Shown one piece after another: positions 50,266 through 63,468 of a stretch of DNA of 64,000 nucleotides (its first letter is position 1; every line of letters starts with the position of its first letter). The DNA comes from Ramazzottius varieornatus (taxonomy: Eukaryota > Animalia > Tardigrada). The notes beneath the pieces are model-generated. The model was not told the origin of the DNA. It ran no database searches and saw only the letters and a list, made by a program, of their open reading frames with translations. The stretch spans positions 806,001-870,000 of the forward strand of contig BDGG01000005.1 of assembly GCA_001949185.1 (NCBI GenBank). Direction: 5' to 3'. Made by a program: the position numbers and the translations under genes.

Positions 50266-53200
50266 ATGAGTCCTCCCGTGAACGGCGAAACTACACAAGA
50301 CGGCGGAGTGTCGGTTACTATCAATGGAAACGACTTCAGAGGTTAGCTGGCACTTGGCATGTACAATGTTACCGATCATCAACTGACATTAACATGCTTG
50401 TTTCTAGTGCCCGACAGCTTCGCAGCAACGACACTGGCCACCTTCCTGCGCGTCCATCTGGGGCTGACGGGGACGAAAGTTATGTGTCGCGAAGGAGGAT
50501 GCGGTGTGTGCACTGTCCATGCAGAGTTTCCAGACCCATCGGGCTCCGGAAAGATATTCAAAAGATCCATTAACTCGGTCAGTAATTCGGTATCCCACCT
50601 TGAATCTAGTCGGTGTTGACTGATGAGTATAGATCTCTTCGAATAGTATCTGGAAAATGTACTGTAGTTGAGGTTACGTCTTCTGCGTGACAGTGTCTCA
50701 CCCCCATTTTGTCATGTAATGGATGGAAGATCATCACGGTGGAAGGGTTGGGAAATCAAGCTGCTCCCCATCCGATCCAAAAGGCTATGGCCGACTACTA
50801 CGGAACGCAATGCGGCTACTGCACTCCCGGTTGGGTCATGAATATGTACAGGTGCGTTGCTCACAGTTACACTCTGGCTGAGCCGGACGTTCGAGAACTT
50901 CCGGCTTGATTCGTTATTTTCTGTTTCGGTTCAGTACTCTTAACAGCGATTCGGATGTCAAGTTGACCAAGAAAAGAATCGAAGATGCCACGGACGGAAA
51001 CATCTGTCGTTGCACAGGTTCGATCTGCCAGTTTATTTCACTTCCGTGTAGTCTGTTGTTTCTATGTGGAGATCCCTTGGTAGGTTTTCGACCCATCTTG
51101 GATGCCTTCAAAAGCTTTGCTAAGGACGATGCATGCAAAGATGGCCTGGGGGTAGACCTCGAGGTAACCTTCACGATAATTATCAACCACTGACTTGTAG
51201 TAAGAACGTTTAAATGTAAATCAAGGTTTGCTATGTTGTAGGATCTTCCAGACAAGATGTGTCACAAGACACCGGGCAAGAAGTGCTCTGGCAAATGTGA
51301 CCACAAGACGGTGGTTCGAATGCGCCGCCTTCCAGCGGAAGTCCAAGACGACGTTCCTGCGTACCACAAGCCTTCTTCGCTGGATGAACTGTACAAGCTA
51401 GCCTCGTCTCTCAAGGACCAGAACGTTTACTACCTAGTTGGGCACACTGGCATAGGTGTGTACGACGACGGTCCATACGATGCATTGGTGGACATGAAAG
51501 GCATCAAGGACCTGTTCGGACAGAAGAAGTCTGGCAATAGTCTGTACATCGGCGCTGGTGTTTCCTATACTGACTTCATCCATACGTTTCGGAAGGAAGC
51601 GGCCAGTGCGGGCTTCGAGTACCTGGAGCAGATTGCCGATATGGTCAACAAGACTGCTCACGAGTCCGTCCGTAATGTAGGCTCTTCCTCAGTTATGTAT
51701 GACACAAGAATAACAGACTAGATGTTTGGTGAAATACTTGACTGTTGTAGGTTGGGTCGTGTGGCGGGAACTTGGTAATGAAGAATCTTCATCAAGAGTT
51801 CCCTTCGGATCTTTTTACCTGCTTGGTTGCGGTCGATGCTCGTATTCACATTGGTACGTACACATATGGGTACTTCCGAACTAATCTCCGTGCTACCGCA
51901 TTTATACTCTTGCGTAATGGAGTAACGCTCTATATATTCGTAGGACCGGATAACAAAGCATTCAGTCCGGAGGAGTTTTTGGCTGTGGACCTGAAAGGAA
52001 AGATCGTTCTGGCAATGGAGCTGAAAGCCATGGATGGAAAACAGTTTTTCCGCACGTATAAAGTGATGCCACGAGTTCAGGTACTTCATTACTGACTTGG
52101 TCATTAGTGTAGCACCTTGTATCACTTTTTTCTATAGCTATGATCACCATGTGGCTTTCGATCACGAAGGTTTCTTGCAGAACTCGCATGCATATGTGAA
52201 CGGCGCTTTCCGCGTCAAGTTCGATGCAGCTCAGAAGGGCAAGAGGGTCCTCCAGGATAAACCAGCTATCTCTCTCGGAAATATCCATGCCAAATTCGTA
52301 AGCTACACTCGGTTGAAGTCGGACTGATGCTTGTGCTCTATCATAATTACTCGGTACTGGAACTTGCAATTAGGCACGATGGTAGGACTGTTTTTCGTGA
52401 TGTTATGTAGATTCGCGCGAAGCAGACTGAAGTTTTTCTCACTGGGAAGGATCTCGCGGATGTCAGCGTTCTTCAGGAAGCGCTGTCCATTATGTACGAC
52501 GAAATCCAACCCGAAGCGAAACTGGACGAAGCTGACCCCGAGTACAAAAAGACGCTCGCAGTGAACCTGTTTTATAAGGTATTATTTTCACTCAACTAAC
52601 TTTTTTTCTCGACTAATTTCTCCATTGTATCTCTTTCATAGTTTGCGCTTGAGGTGGTGGGTGATCTGGCGGACAGCCGGTTCCAGTCGGCCATCGGCCT
52701 GTTGCCAGATAAGCGTCCGATCTCCTCGGGCCAGCAAGACTTTCCGACCCAAGAGGAAAACTGGCCCTTGACGAAGCCCATTCCGAAAATCGAGTCTCTG
52801 ATACAGAGCACCGGAGAAGCTACCTATGTCAGCGATATCGACCACGAAGGCGTGCTTCACGCCGCCTTCGCTCTCAGTACCGAAGGCAACGCCACCATCT
52901 TCAAGATTGACAAAGCCCCCGCCCTGGTAAGATCTTTAGATTCCTGTATGTTCTCACGTCCATGGTTTTTTTGTTGGGTAGGCGATCCCAGGAGTTTTGG
53001 CCGTCTTCACCGCGGAAGACATCCCGGGTACGAATAGCTATGCTCCCAGGCGTCAAGAGCGGGAAGAGCTGTTGGCCGAGAAGAAAGTCGAATTCCACTA
53101 CCAACCAGTGGCTCTCGTGGTCGCAGGTAACCGGCAGTCCTGTTTGTACAGTTTGAATACAGAGGCTCAGTTAGCTCACTCGACTGACTCGACAAGAGCA

Positions 53201-56200
53201 TTTTTCCAAGTGGCGCACATTGTCTGTGGTGTTGGCTGGAAGCGCGCGCCCTTGGAGAAACAATTCCGAGTATCGTAGAGTTAACTGTTTTCCCAAGTGG
53301 CGCGCGTCTTTGGTGTTGTCAGCTGAAAGCGTGCGCCACTTGACAGAATGATGCTGTTGGTTTTGCTTGGGTCCTATATTTTGTAGTTTGAGCGTGATGT
53401 GCTGAAGTGTTAATGTGATTCTGTAGTGACGAAGGAGGCGGCCGAAGAAGGTGCCAAGCATGTCAAGGTTGAGTACATGGACATCCAGCCGGTCATCACC
53501 ACAGCTCGTCAGGCTTTCAAGAAGAAGTTGTTCTTCGAAGATAAGCCCGAAGAAGTGGTTGATGGAGGAGATGCTGATAAAGCTATCGAAAAGGCAGCAA
53601 GGAAGGTCTCTGGCGAGCTGGAGCTCTCCGCGCAATTCCACTTCCACATGGAAACACAGTGCAGCGTCGCTTATCCAACCGAGCAAGGAATCGATCTCGA
53701 TGCCGGTACCCAGTGGCCTGATGGCATTCAGGACTGCGTTTCCCAAGTCTGTGGCATCGACAAGAACGGGTAAGTTTTCGTCCGAAAAAACCAAACTATA
53801 AAATTTAAAATAATGTGGTACTCAAATGTTTGTTTTCGACAGGGTGAACGTTACGGTGAAGCGTCTCGGAGGTGGTTTCGGTGCGAAGATTTCTCGTAAC
53901 AATATCATCTCGAGCGCTGTGGCGCTGGCTGCTCTTCTGGTGAAAAGGTACTGTATGACAATATGTCTTTCGTCTTGTAACGCGCTAACTTATGAAGGAA
54001 AAACTAATCGTTCTAGGCCGGTGAAAATGCACATGAGCTTATGGGACAACATGAAATCGATCGGCAAGCGCTCCCCGTACTATGTGACGTACGAAGCAGG
54101 GTTCGAAGAGTCTGGAAAGCTTCTCGGTGTCAAGATGGACCTCTATGGCGCTCACGGAGCGCAGAAGAACGACTCACCTTACCGCGAAATCAAAGGATGG
54201 TTGGATAACGGTAAAACAGAAAACAAAACAGAGTATTAATACAGCATGATCAATGTCATAAAACTCGACAGAAGCGAATGTTTTATAGCTTACAAGTCTC
54301 CCGCATGGAAAATTAACTTGTGGAAGTGCAAGACGAATACTCCGCCCAATACTCATTGTCGCGCACCCGGAAGTACAGAGGCCACCTACATTATGGAGAG
54401 TATCATGGAACATGTGGCCTTATCGTTGAATAAGGTCCCCATAGAAGTCAAGCAGCTAAACTTTTATAAGGATGGCGACAAAGCTCTCAACGGATCCAAG
54501 CAGATTAGTCTGCGAGTGACTGAGGTAACTGAGCAGCTACTGAAGGAAGCCCAGTTCGAAGAGCGAAAGAAGGTCGTGGAGGAGTTTAACAGCAAGCATC
54601 GCTGGAGAAAACGCGGTCTAGCCGTGGTTCCCTTGCGCTACCCCGCCCAGTGGAGTCTCGGTTTCAACTACTCGTGCTTGGTCGCTGTGTATCACAACGG
54701 TGGTACCATCGCGGTAACGCATGGTGGCATTGAGATGGGCCAGGGCATCAACACAAAAGTAAGTTCGTTTTCCAAACTGTCGCGCAGTTGACCATCATCC
54801 ACCTACATACAGACGCATTACGATGAATGCACGAGCTGCTGTATGCAGGTACTCGGTGAATGACACCTTATCAAATTTCGGGTTCGTTGTCCATCTGCGC
54901 ACCGACGTGGTATGATAAGTGTACCAGTCGCAGTACGCAGGTCTTGTTGGCCTCGTTATGATCTGTTGTCAAGTTTGAACCTTATTTTTTCGCCTTACAG
55001 GTGGCCCAGGTTGTCGCTTACGAGATGGGAGTGGATTTGTCCATGGTGAAGGTTCACGCGACACAAGCCATCGCTAGTGCCAACTCGTTCACGACAGGAG
55101 GTTCGATAACGAGCGAGATTGCTTGCTGGGTAAGTTTTGCTGGACGTGATAGGCCAGGCTACTTTTCAAACTTTTCTTCCTTCAGGCTGCGATCGACTGT
55201 TGCAAAGAACTGAAGAAACGCATCGAGCCAGTGAAGAAGCACGATAAACTCAGGGCGTTGGGTAGGGAACCGGAGTGGAAAGAAGTCATTGAGGAGTGTT
55301 ATGATAAGGGTATAGACTTGTCCGCTCGAGCATGGTACGAAGTAAACACTACGGTCTACTGAGCTTACTGGAATGTAACTGCGTTGTTTGTTCCGAAATT
55401 TCCAGGATTGCTCCGAAAACTAAGGAGCCTAGCGCGTACTATACGAATGGTTGCACTTGCACGGAAGTCGAACTGGATACGCTCACGGGAGAATATCAAG
55501 TCAACCGCTTGGACGTCCTGTACGACTGCGGAGAAAGCATGTCACCTTTTGTCGGTAATTACTGTGTTTTCCATCATAGATATTATCCTAACCTTATTAT
55601 CCTAAGAAACTTCTAATAAATCATAAATAAATTTATAATTCGAAGCTTACCAGTTCGTTGTCCCAAGTGGTGCACGTATTTCCTGGTAATGGCTGGAAGT
55701 GTGCGCCACTGGAGAAAATAATCTTGTGGAGTAAATTTTTGCCGAGCTCGCCAAAAATTGCCACTTTTCGACCGACATCCTCTTGTTTTATGCAGATATA
55801 GGGCAGGTGGAAGGAGCTATCGTGATGGGTTTGGGCTACTGGCTGACGGAAGAGATCAAGTACGACGAAGAAAATGGCGCTAACGGGTACTACTCCACCT
55901 GGAAGTATAAGCCCCCCATGGCCAAGGACATTCCCATCGACTTCCGGGTCAAGCTTTTGCATAACGCCCCCAATCCCGTAGGAGTTATGCGTAGCAAACG
56001 TAAGAAAATTTCCAATGTCATTTGGGAAGTCGGTAGATGACTTGAACACGATCGTTTTCCTAAGTGGCGCAAACGTTCATACTTTAGCAATAATAAAGTG
56101 CGTCACTTAAGCTACCGGTAATGTTCAATTTATTTAGGACGTCCCGTTTAACTTTGCGTACGTAAGTCCTAATTGTTTGCTTTTGCTTCTATTATTTTAG

Positions 56201-56466
56201 TTGTGGCTGAACCGCCGTTGAACATGACGTGTTCGGTGGTTTACGCTTTGCGGGATGCCATCAACGCAGCTCGCATCGAGCAGAGTGGAAAAGATGCCAA
56301 GAGGGTCTTCCAGCTCGGTAAGCACCGTATCCGGCAGTTCTGCTATTCGGAAATTTTTCGAGTGGATGTCAATTGTTTTGATTGCGTTACAGTAACACCG
56401 GTAACTCCAGAAAGAGCGCAGATGTTCTGCGGAACGGATATCAGGCAGCTTCGATACCAAGCCTAG
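50266..56466 (+). CDS. Molybdo-flavoenzyme, aldehyde oxidase type (xanthine oxidoreductase family), about 20 exons
   Basis: 2Fe-2S motifs [36 protein letters not shown]; FAD domain; Moco domain [55 protein letters not shown]. The XDH E802 position is Ile, as in invertebrate AOX. Confidence 0.93.
53188..53350. repeat. Two tandem palindromic N25 element copies (cores 53207-53255, 53294-53342), in AOX intron
   Basis: CAAGTGGCGCAC-25-GCGCGCCCTTGG and CAAGTGGCGCGC-25-GTGCGCCACTTG. Confidence 0.87.
55645..55748. repeat. Palindromic N25 element copy (core 55664-55712), in AOX intron
   Basis: CAAGTGGTGCAC-25-GTGCGCCACTGG, ending TTGCCGAGCT. Confidence 0.87.
56040..56113. repeat. Palindromic N25 element copy (core 56061-56109), in AOX intron
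   Basis: TAAGTGGCGCAA-25-GTGCGTCACTTA. Confidence 0.82.
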
Positions 56467-56801
56467 TTGTCTTTCCTTTTACATCTGATTTATTCGGTTT
56501 CTCGACGGTTGTTTTACTCTCCCGGTTAGGCAGATGTTTCATGTTATTTTACAGGTTCGTTAGTATTCTAATCCGGTAAACTATGTACTTTTCGTCTTTC
56601 GTCGCCCAGGTCAGCGTCTGCTGCAGTGCGCTGGACCAAAAGTGTCTACGGTGAATAAAGCCTGTCCGTTTTCGGTCCAGAAAACGACATGACGAAAATC
56701 ACTCTTTTCAGCAAACTTCTCAAACCTTCTCGTATTAAAGAGCAAAAAATTCTAAGGGTGAATGCGGCGGCCAAGGATGCCAAAGGACTTGACCACACTA
56801 T

Positions 56802-57876
56802 TCACGTATTTCCCACATCTTTGCGGAGTCTGGCGAATGCACGTCGGTATTCGGGATAAAATGATAGATAAATGAAGAAGGGGCAAATATCGCGCGAATG
56901 ATACACCATGGACGCATACTGAGTGATGTAAAAGAGATCCGGTCTCCTACTGCCGAAATAATAGATAAGAGTGATGGGCAGAGTGCAAACTATAGAAACG
57001 ATAACCACAGCAGATCCCGCAAGAACCGTGGTGGCATAAGATCTCCACAACTGCAGACAGAACGTCGAGCCGGGATGTCGCGGATCAGCTACCTCCACCT
57101 TGTCCAAGGCTTCCTGGTTACTGGTGCTCGGCGTTGTGGGACTTCGGCCTGCAGTCTGGCCTCGCGTTAGGACGTTCCGAACATAACGCGCCGGTTTTTG
57201 CGTCTCTTGAGACGAACACCCATCCAGCACAGCCGCACTTGAGTCGGTACCAGAAGGAGATATTTCAGAATGGTCAAGAATGCGCCGTAGTAGATTCTGT
57301 ACCAGGAAGCTTGGTAAGCAAAAGTGCTACTTCGCACTCCGCACACCGGTATTGTAATCCAGTGATGGCGGAAGGTTGTGTATATCACGATATGTTGTAC
57401 CGACACGAAGAAGAACACCCCGACAGTGACCGCCATCACAGACTTGCGGCTGCTGTAGATTTGATGGAATTTGTAGAATTCGCGACGGAAATCCACCGGT
57501 CTATCGAGATGGAAGTTAGCAGATATTCGTTGATGCTTCCGGAAGTTCGCATGAGAGCATATTTAAGAGCTAATCGTAGATCCGAGGACCCGCCAGAAGA
57601 AGCAGTATCTGTGGCGAGTGCGAGTCCACAGAACGCGCAGGCAAAACCGCAAAGGGAGAGAGCCATGTGGAAGCCCAGATAGGGCTCCTTCTGTTTCCAC
57701 AACAGGAAGACAATCAGGTTGGGCAAGTTCGCCAGCGAAGAAACTGCGAACAGAAAACCTTGTGCTGCCACTCTCAAGTACCAAATCGTCTGTCCAACTT
57801 GCCGACAATCAAAAGCCAGTATCGGAGACTTGTTCGGGTACGAAAACCCAAGCGATGCGTTGAATGAATCGTTCAT
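56802..57876 (-). pseudogene. Class A (rhodopsin-like) GPCR, intronless, with frameshifts
   Basis: N-glycosylation sequons at the N-terminus, TM1-3 ending SISIDRWISV, TM4-5 in a second frame (57167-57496), TM6-7 (CTLP; CPFFIYLSFYPEYRRAF) in a third frame. Confidence 0.75.
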
Positions 57877-58501
57877 TTCTGGATCTGGGATTAATGAACT
57901 AAATGGTGAAACGAATGCATGGTTCAGAAGGCAACCAGCGAGGGCACTCAATCAATGTAAAATCCGCAAAATCAGGTTCACGTGATCTGCTGCGCCGGAA
58001 AAGCCGATTCCGATGGACGACTGTCTGATGTACTCTCAGGTATATGCAGCTCAGTGCTACATTCCACCGGTGGGATAAAATTATCCTTACGGATCACAAA
58101 AACGATAAATCCTGAGATAATTATCTTTCTCGAACTAAACACGAAATGTGAGCGGGAAGAATCGTCGATAGTCGCGCCCGTCAAGTACAGCTTTACCGTG
58201 TTCTAACCTTTTCACCATCACCTCCTGCATGCGTCAGCGCTTGATTTTCATACGGATGATGTCGTAATAGGATGCGGAAATGATGAACCTTACCTTACAT
58301 AAATTCAAACGTGTGCAGCTGGTTCTTCGAAACATTCTAAACCAGAGCTCTGTGTAAGAAGCTCTTAAGGTGAGTCAGGTGACCTTTCATGTCGCCCAAA
58401 ATATAGTACTCGAACAAAAATAAATTCGCCGCAGCTGTGTTTTTGGTGTTTTGTTCATCATAACTGTGATTTCATCTGGTATCTAGCCTGATTATATATC
58501 A

Positions 58502-58632
58502 CGCATTTCCTTGCTTGATGAGCGAAATGGGGGGGGGGGGGGGNNNNNNNNNNNNNNNNNNNNNNNNNNNNNNNNNNNNNNNNNNNNNNNNNNCGCATTT
58601 CCTTGCTTGATGAGCGAAATGGGGGGGGGGGG
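58502..58632. other. Assembly gap (N run) flanked by duplicated CGCATTTCCTTGCTTGATGAGCGAAATG(n)
   Basis: The same sequence plus poly-G lies on both sides of the Ns. Confidence 0.85.
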
Positions 58633-59924
58633 GGTCGTTAGGCCGCACAGGCTGGGCCCGGCCAACTGGGATATACAGTACCATAATCCAGAGCCTCGCT
58701 TGAGAAAGGGGGTGAGGGCGATGGGAGAAGATCCAGGAATTTCTGGTCATGTGGTCCTTGTATCTTCCTTACCGTCAGAGTTAGACGGATGAGTCCGGAT
58801 TGGCGTCAAAAGTTAGCAGGAAGGAGCGGCGGCGAGTTTAGGAATGATTTTGCCCTTAAAGATTTCCTTTCTTACGGGTCTTACACCTTAAGTTCTTCCG
58901 TCCGGTAACACCATCCGAACCAAGAATAGACATATGTTTGTTAGGTCTTGACCGATGAAGAAGCAAAAGCGATTGATGTGTCGAACTACTATCCAGCGAT
59001 CCGCAAGACCTTCGCAGAAAGGTTGCTGGATGCGCAAGTTGGAGGGACAATGATGTTGACGGCCAATCTAAACCAGAGCAAGGAAATTGGTGAGCATCTA
59101 ATGTAAATAAACAGCCCCGGTTCGTTATTCTATCAGGGAAATCTGTGTCGCATAAATATGTTTTCTTTGTCGTAACAATGCCAAACGGAAGCCCAGAGTC
59201 GACTTCCTGAAGACATGCGTGGCTGCCATCCCACGCCTTTTGCCCGAGTTCATGACGACAAACGATTAACTTTTTTATCTTCGGCTGGAACAGGAATACC
59301 GGTCCTTCGGGTTAAACTGATCTGATAAGTTTCACCGTTGCTGAAAACCTTGAAATTGGCTAATCCGAAGTTTCGAAGTGCTCTTTGTCATAACAGTATG
59401 CAGAGTGTGTCATGGACATATGACATGCGAAACAGGTCCACTGTGTTATAAACTCATAAGATAACACAAAATAATATAGGTCCGTTTCTAGCCTTGATCG
59501 GTGCATTTTGCAATAGCGAACTCTGTATTTTGGCATTCTGAATTTACGAATTTAATTTTTCCACAAGCTGGTAGCTGGTTTTGGCTATGATAAGACCTCG
59601 TGATACGTTTCACACGAAGTACTTTAGCTATCCGCGAAAAACCTGGCGTTGAAGGACCTACATGTTCACATTCTCCATGAGTTTCTGGAGGGCATAGTTC
59701 GCTGCCTTACCCACGTCCGCTGCAATGTGTGTTGGAGATTCGAAAACCTTGTTGCGAAGTACCGTCCCGGGTTTTGTAATATGTTTGCTGGTAGTACTCC
59801 GGGAGCTTCTGGCCTCCTTCAAACGTGCCCTGCGGCAGTATTGTTGATCTCAGACTGCGCGTCTGCCAAGATCAAACAAGCGCTGTGTCGACGTGTGTGA
59901 TCATTCAGGCTCACGGTTGTAATC

Positions 59925-61297
59925 ATGTTATCTCTGTTTGCAGGACTCCTGGTCCTCTATGCTTCTGGTCTTGCTGGACGAACATTCGGGCAGTTTTCTC
60001 ACGCCTCATCACATTGGCGACAATTACGCCAGAATCGACAGATGAACATTCTTTCGGAAACATCCATGACTAACGCTGCGCGACTTGTGACGACTAACGA
60101 CTTCAAGACCTACCTTAACCCCATCCTAGTTCCACGAGTCTCCGGCACACAAGGCAATGCGGACGTGCGAACGGTATGGAGCGTCCTTCTGAATTGAACG
60201 TGCAGCACTTGCTAAGTTAGAATTAAACAGCTCCCAGCTGACATTTGTTTACGTTTGGCGCATGACGTCATGCATATGTATCTTGGGTTCTCGATGACAA
60301 ATGGGACGTCGGCAAGCTTTCGCCCGGATCGTTTTCTCAACTGGTGCACGTTTTCATTGTTACGGTTCGAGAGCGTGCGCCACTTGGGAAAACACTCTGG
60401 GTAAATATATTGCCGACATCTAAGATTTTGCCGTGTACTTAACAACAAAATTGTTACAGAATGGTTACAGCGTCTTTCAGTGCCGCTTTCTGACTGGCTC
60501 TGAATATTTTGTAGTACATTACCAATACACTGACTACCTTGGGATACGCCATAGAGCACGATACCTTCGTTGGTTCCCCGCCGGCGCCATTCTTCCCCAC
60601 GAGCTTCACTAATATCATTGCCACTCTCAACCCTTTAGCGCCTCGACGGTTGGTTTTAGCTTGTCATTACGACTCAAAATTCTTCAAAGATGCCGTATTT
60701 GTTGGTGCCACGGACTCTGCGGTACCCTGCGCCATGATCTTACACCTGGCCGCTTCGTTGAACGACGCACTGAAGGGACCTCGGAGAACCCAAGACGTTA
60801 CTCTCCAGCTCATCTTTTTCGACGGCGAAGAAGCCTTCGCGGACTGGACTCCTACTGATTCCATCTACGGCTCTAAACATCTAGCCGAAAAGATGGAGGC
60901 AAGCAATCAGCTGAGCGGGATTGACTTGATGGTTCTGTTGGACTTGATCGGCGGACCCCGAATAACCTTTCGAAACTTCTTTCCGGAGACCTCAAATAGC
61001 TACGAGCGGATGTCGGTAGCAGAGAATGTTTTAAGGTCGGGTAACATGTTGAAAAGCGCAGGCAGACAGGGCAACATGTTCCAACCGGGGTTAGTTGAGT
61101 CGTGGTTCCGGGTGGAAGACGACCATCTACCTTTCCAGCAAAGAGGTGTACCAATTTTACATTTGATACCTTTACCGTTTCCGGCAGTATGGCACACACC
61201 GGCTGATGATGCCAGCCACTTAGATTTTGATTCCATTGATGATCTCAATGCTATTTTACGCGTGTTTGTTTGCGAATATCTTGACCTGAGCCTCTGA
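59925..61297 (+). CDS. QPCT: Glutaminyl-peptide cyclotransferase (M28 family), secreted; exons 59925-60173 and 60515-61297
   Basis: Signal peptide; PILVPRVSGT, LACHYDSK, GATDSAVPCA, FFDGEEA, LLDLIG, EDDHLPF, WHT. Confidence 0.93.
60306..60420. repeat. Palindromic N25 element copy (core 60338-60386), in QPCT intron
   Basis: CAACTGGTGCAC-25-GTGCGCCACTTG with GTCGGCAA/TTGCCGAC outer arms. Confidence 0.87.
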
Positions 61298-61751
61298 ATA
61301 GTGTAATAACGATACACGGTACTATTGTAATGACTGAAACGTACAGCGATATAGACAGTATCACGTACGGCAGACTTTTTGTTTCGAGTGGGTGAAGGTA
61401 TGCAGGTCCGCCTGGTCAGCACATCGGTGTGCCGAACAAGTGGGGGCCCACTTGTGTGCGAAGAGATCCAGTTTACTATTTTTCTGCTTGCGTAAAAGAC
61501 GCATAATTCTTTATCGGAATGGGGGCCGATTTTGTGTATGGTCGCGCAACGCTTGCTCGTTTGTACCAGTTTCCCAAGCCAAAACCAGTTTCTTGGCTTA
61601 ATAAGCCGCCGTCTGTGTTTACGTTCGTTAATCATGAAGTGAAGTCACAGAGACAGAGAGGAAACCGGATCGCTTTTGAAATATTTTACGTCACTGTTAT
61701 GATGCAGATGCAAAGCAAAAAAACATTATGATCTCGAAATCACAGCGACTC

Positions 61752-63068
61752 CTACAGAGCGACCCACACGGGGACCACTTGTACGTACAAAAGGAGGTGG
61801 TCAGCATTGAGGGTTGGACTGACCTGGACCGACCAGTCAGAAACTGGTACCGCTTCCTCATTCGGTGAAATAGCACCAGGGGCGGATTGTTGTGGGCTTG
61901 ATAGAAACCAGCTTGCCAATTTTGACAATTTTGCCAACTTTAATCCAACTAGATTGTTCTCTTCGTGCTACTCCGCATCTTAAGTTGCACCCGATGTAGA
62001 CAGCATAATTTCTTAAGTATCATACAGCTGTTTACAGGAGTGTGAAAGAGTGTGAGATCCTTTGGTCTGAGGCTGCAAACTACCTGACTGGATCCAGCAG
62101 CTTCGGCTGAATCCGAAGTGCTGAACGTGTCGCGGAACGCTGTGCGATATGAAGCAGTTCCTCGGATCGGATCAAGACCAGTGATGAAGGACAATGGTAC
62201 GCAGTGTGGAGTACGAAAAAGGATCTTTTGAGGACAAGTATGAAGTCATTCGAGAGCTTGGAAGGTAAGAAACTGCTCGCTTCCATTTGCTTACAACGTT
62301 AGCCATGCATATCGTACGTCACGTAGTGCCACAGGCATATGATGAACGGGCGGCATCTTTTCAGCACCGCAGTGACGTCAAACGCAAGTATAGCATAAAC
62401 CTTTTAGTTTTAAATTGTATCGCATTCGATATTGAGTGAAAGTGGCGAAGCTTGAGTTATTGGAGAGTGGTTTACTGACCCCGTCGACCCGGTTATGGAA
62501 AAGGCTTCTTTTTGCTTGGTGAGGCCCAAAAGAGGTATGATTGTTGATGTAGTAGCTTCTGGGAAAGAGGAGAGGGAAACGCTGATATTGGTTTGTTCCT
62601 GTCAATCCACCTTATAGCTTCGATCTACGCGTTGTCGATTGTCTGTTGATTCAGGCCACTAGCCGTCTGCTGGAGAAAGTCGACAATACTCAATGGAATC
62701 AGAAGTGATACCCCGCAGAAGGTACCTTTGTACAGCGAAGCACTCCAGCCGTCGCCGAGTTGCACTTGACAAAGCACTGAAGTTTACGGTCTGTCGTTCG
62801 GGCGCACTCTTCCGCATCGTCTCGACAGGCAATGAGAGCATTTGTTTTTGATTAATACCCCTTTTTTCAGCACCCAATAGGTACATTTAGGCAGAATGAT
62901 GCCTGCCATCAACGCTGCTTCGTCAGTGATGCGGTACTGAGCGAGAACACCCTTCAGTTCTTCGGGCTTCTTTTCCATTCGCAAACCCTTGGCCGAAGTC
63001 AAGCTCTCACTATAACTACAAAGCAGAAACATCAGAGAAAACCAAGATCGAGGAACTCTTTCGTCCAT
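61752..63068 (-). other. Possible uncharacterised spliced gene or pseudogene
   Basis: ORF 62784-63074 has a signal-peptide-like start and a Cys cluster; short downstream ORFs have splice-like ends; no recognised domain. Confidence 0.2.
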
Positions 63069-63468
63069 GGTCAATTAACCTCTGTAAATTTGTACAAATA
63101 TGGTGTGAATCAACAGAGACTTTGAGTAATGCGGAACCGGCGTCTATTTACAGAACAGACGATAAAAACAACGCCCTTGCTTGTGTTTCCGTTTACGTTG
63201 GAGAGCTAAATGGCCCATTGTTGTTTACCTTGTGGACGGAAACAGCGATAAATTATCAGGCAATTATTATACTCTCGAGTACCGCGCACTGCACCTTTGC
63301 CTCTCCAAATCGGTGTGAAGTGGGCAGACGTCAGGACCATAGTTTAATATGCTAGTGAGTCAAAAGCTACCACTTCAACCCGACTCAGCTCGATACCTCA
63401 AATTTACAACATTGCAGACACTTCCTGAAAATCCAGCAACCCAATTATAATAGTTTCAGATCTAATTG

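Noticed and set aside
53188-53350. Repeat-spacer-repeat pattern suggesting a CRISPR array
   Set aside because: The arms are inverted, the copies are dispersed in eukaryotic introns, and there are no cas genes
58502-58632. Direct repeat around the N run
   Set aside because: Most likely an unmerged contig overlap at a poly-G tract, not biology
61000-61635. 211-aa antisense ORF, and similar shadow ORFs over real exons
   Set aside because: Antisense to QPCT and other coding exons, with no domain signal
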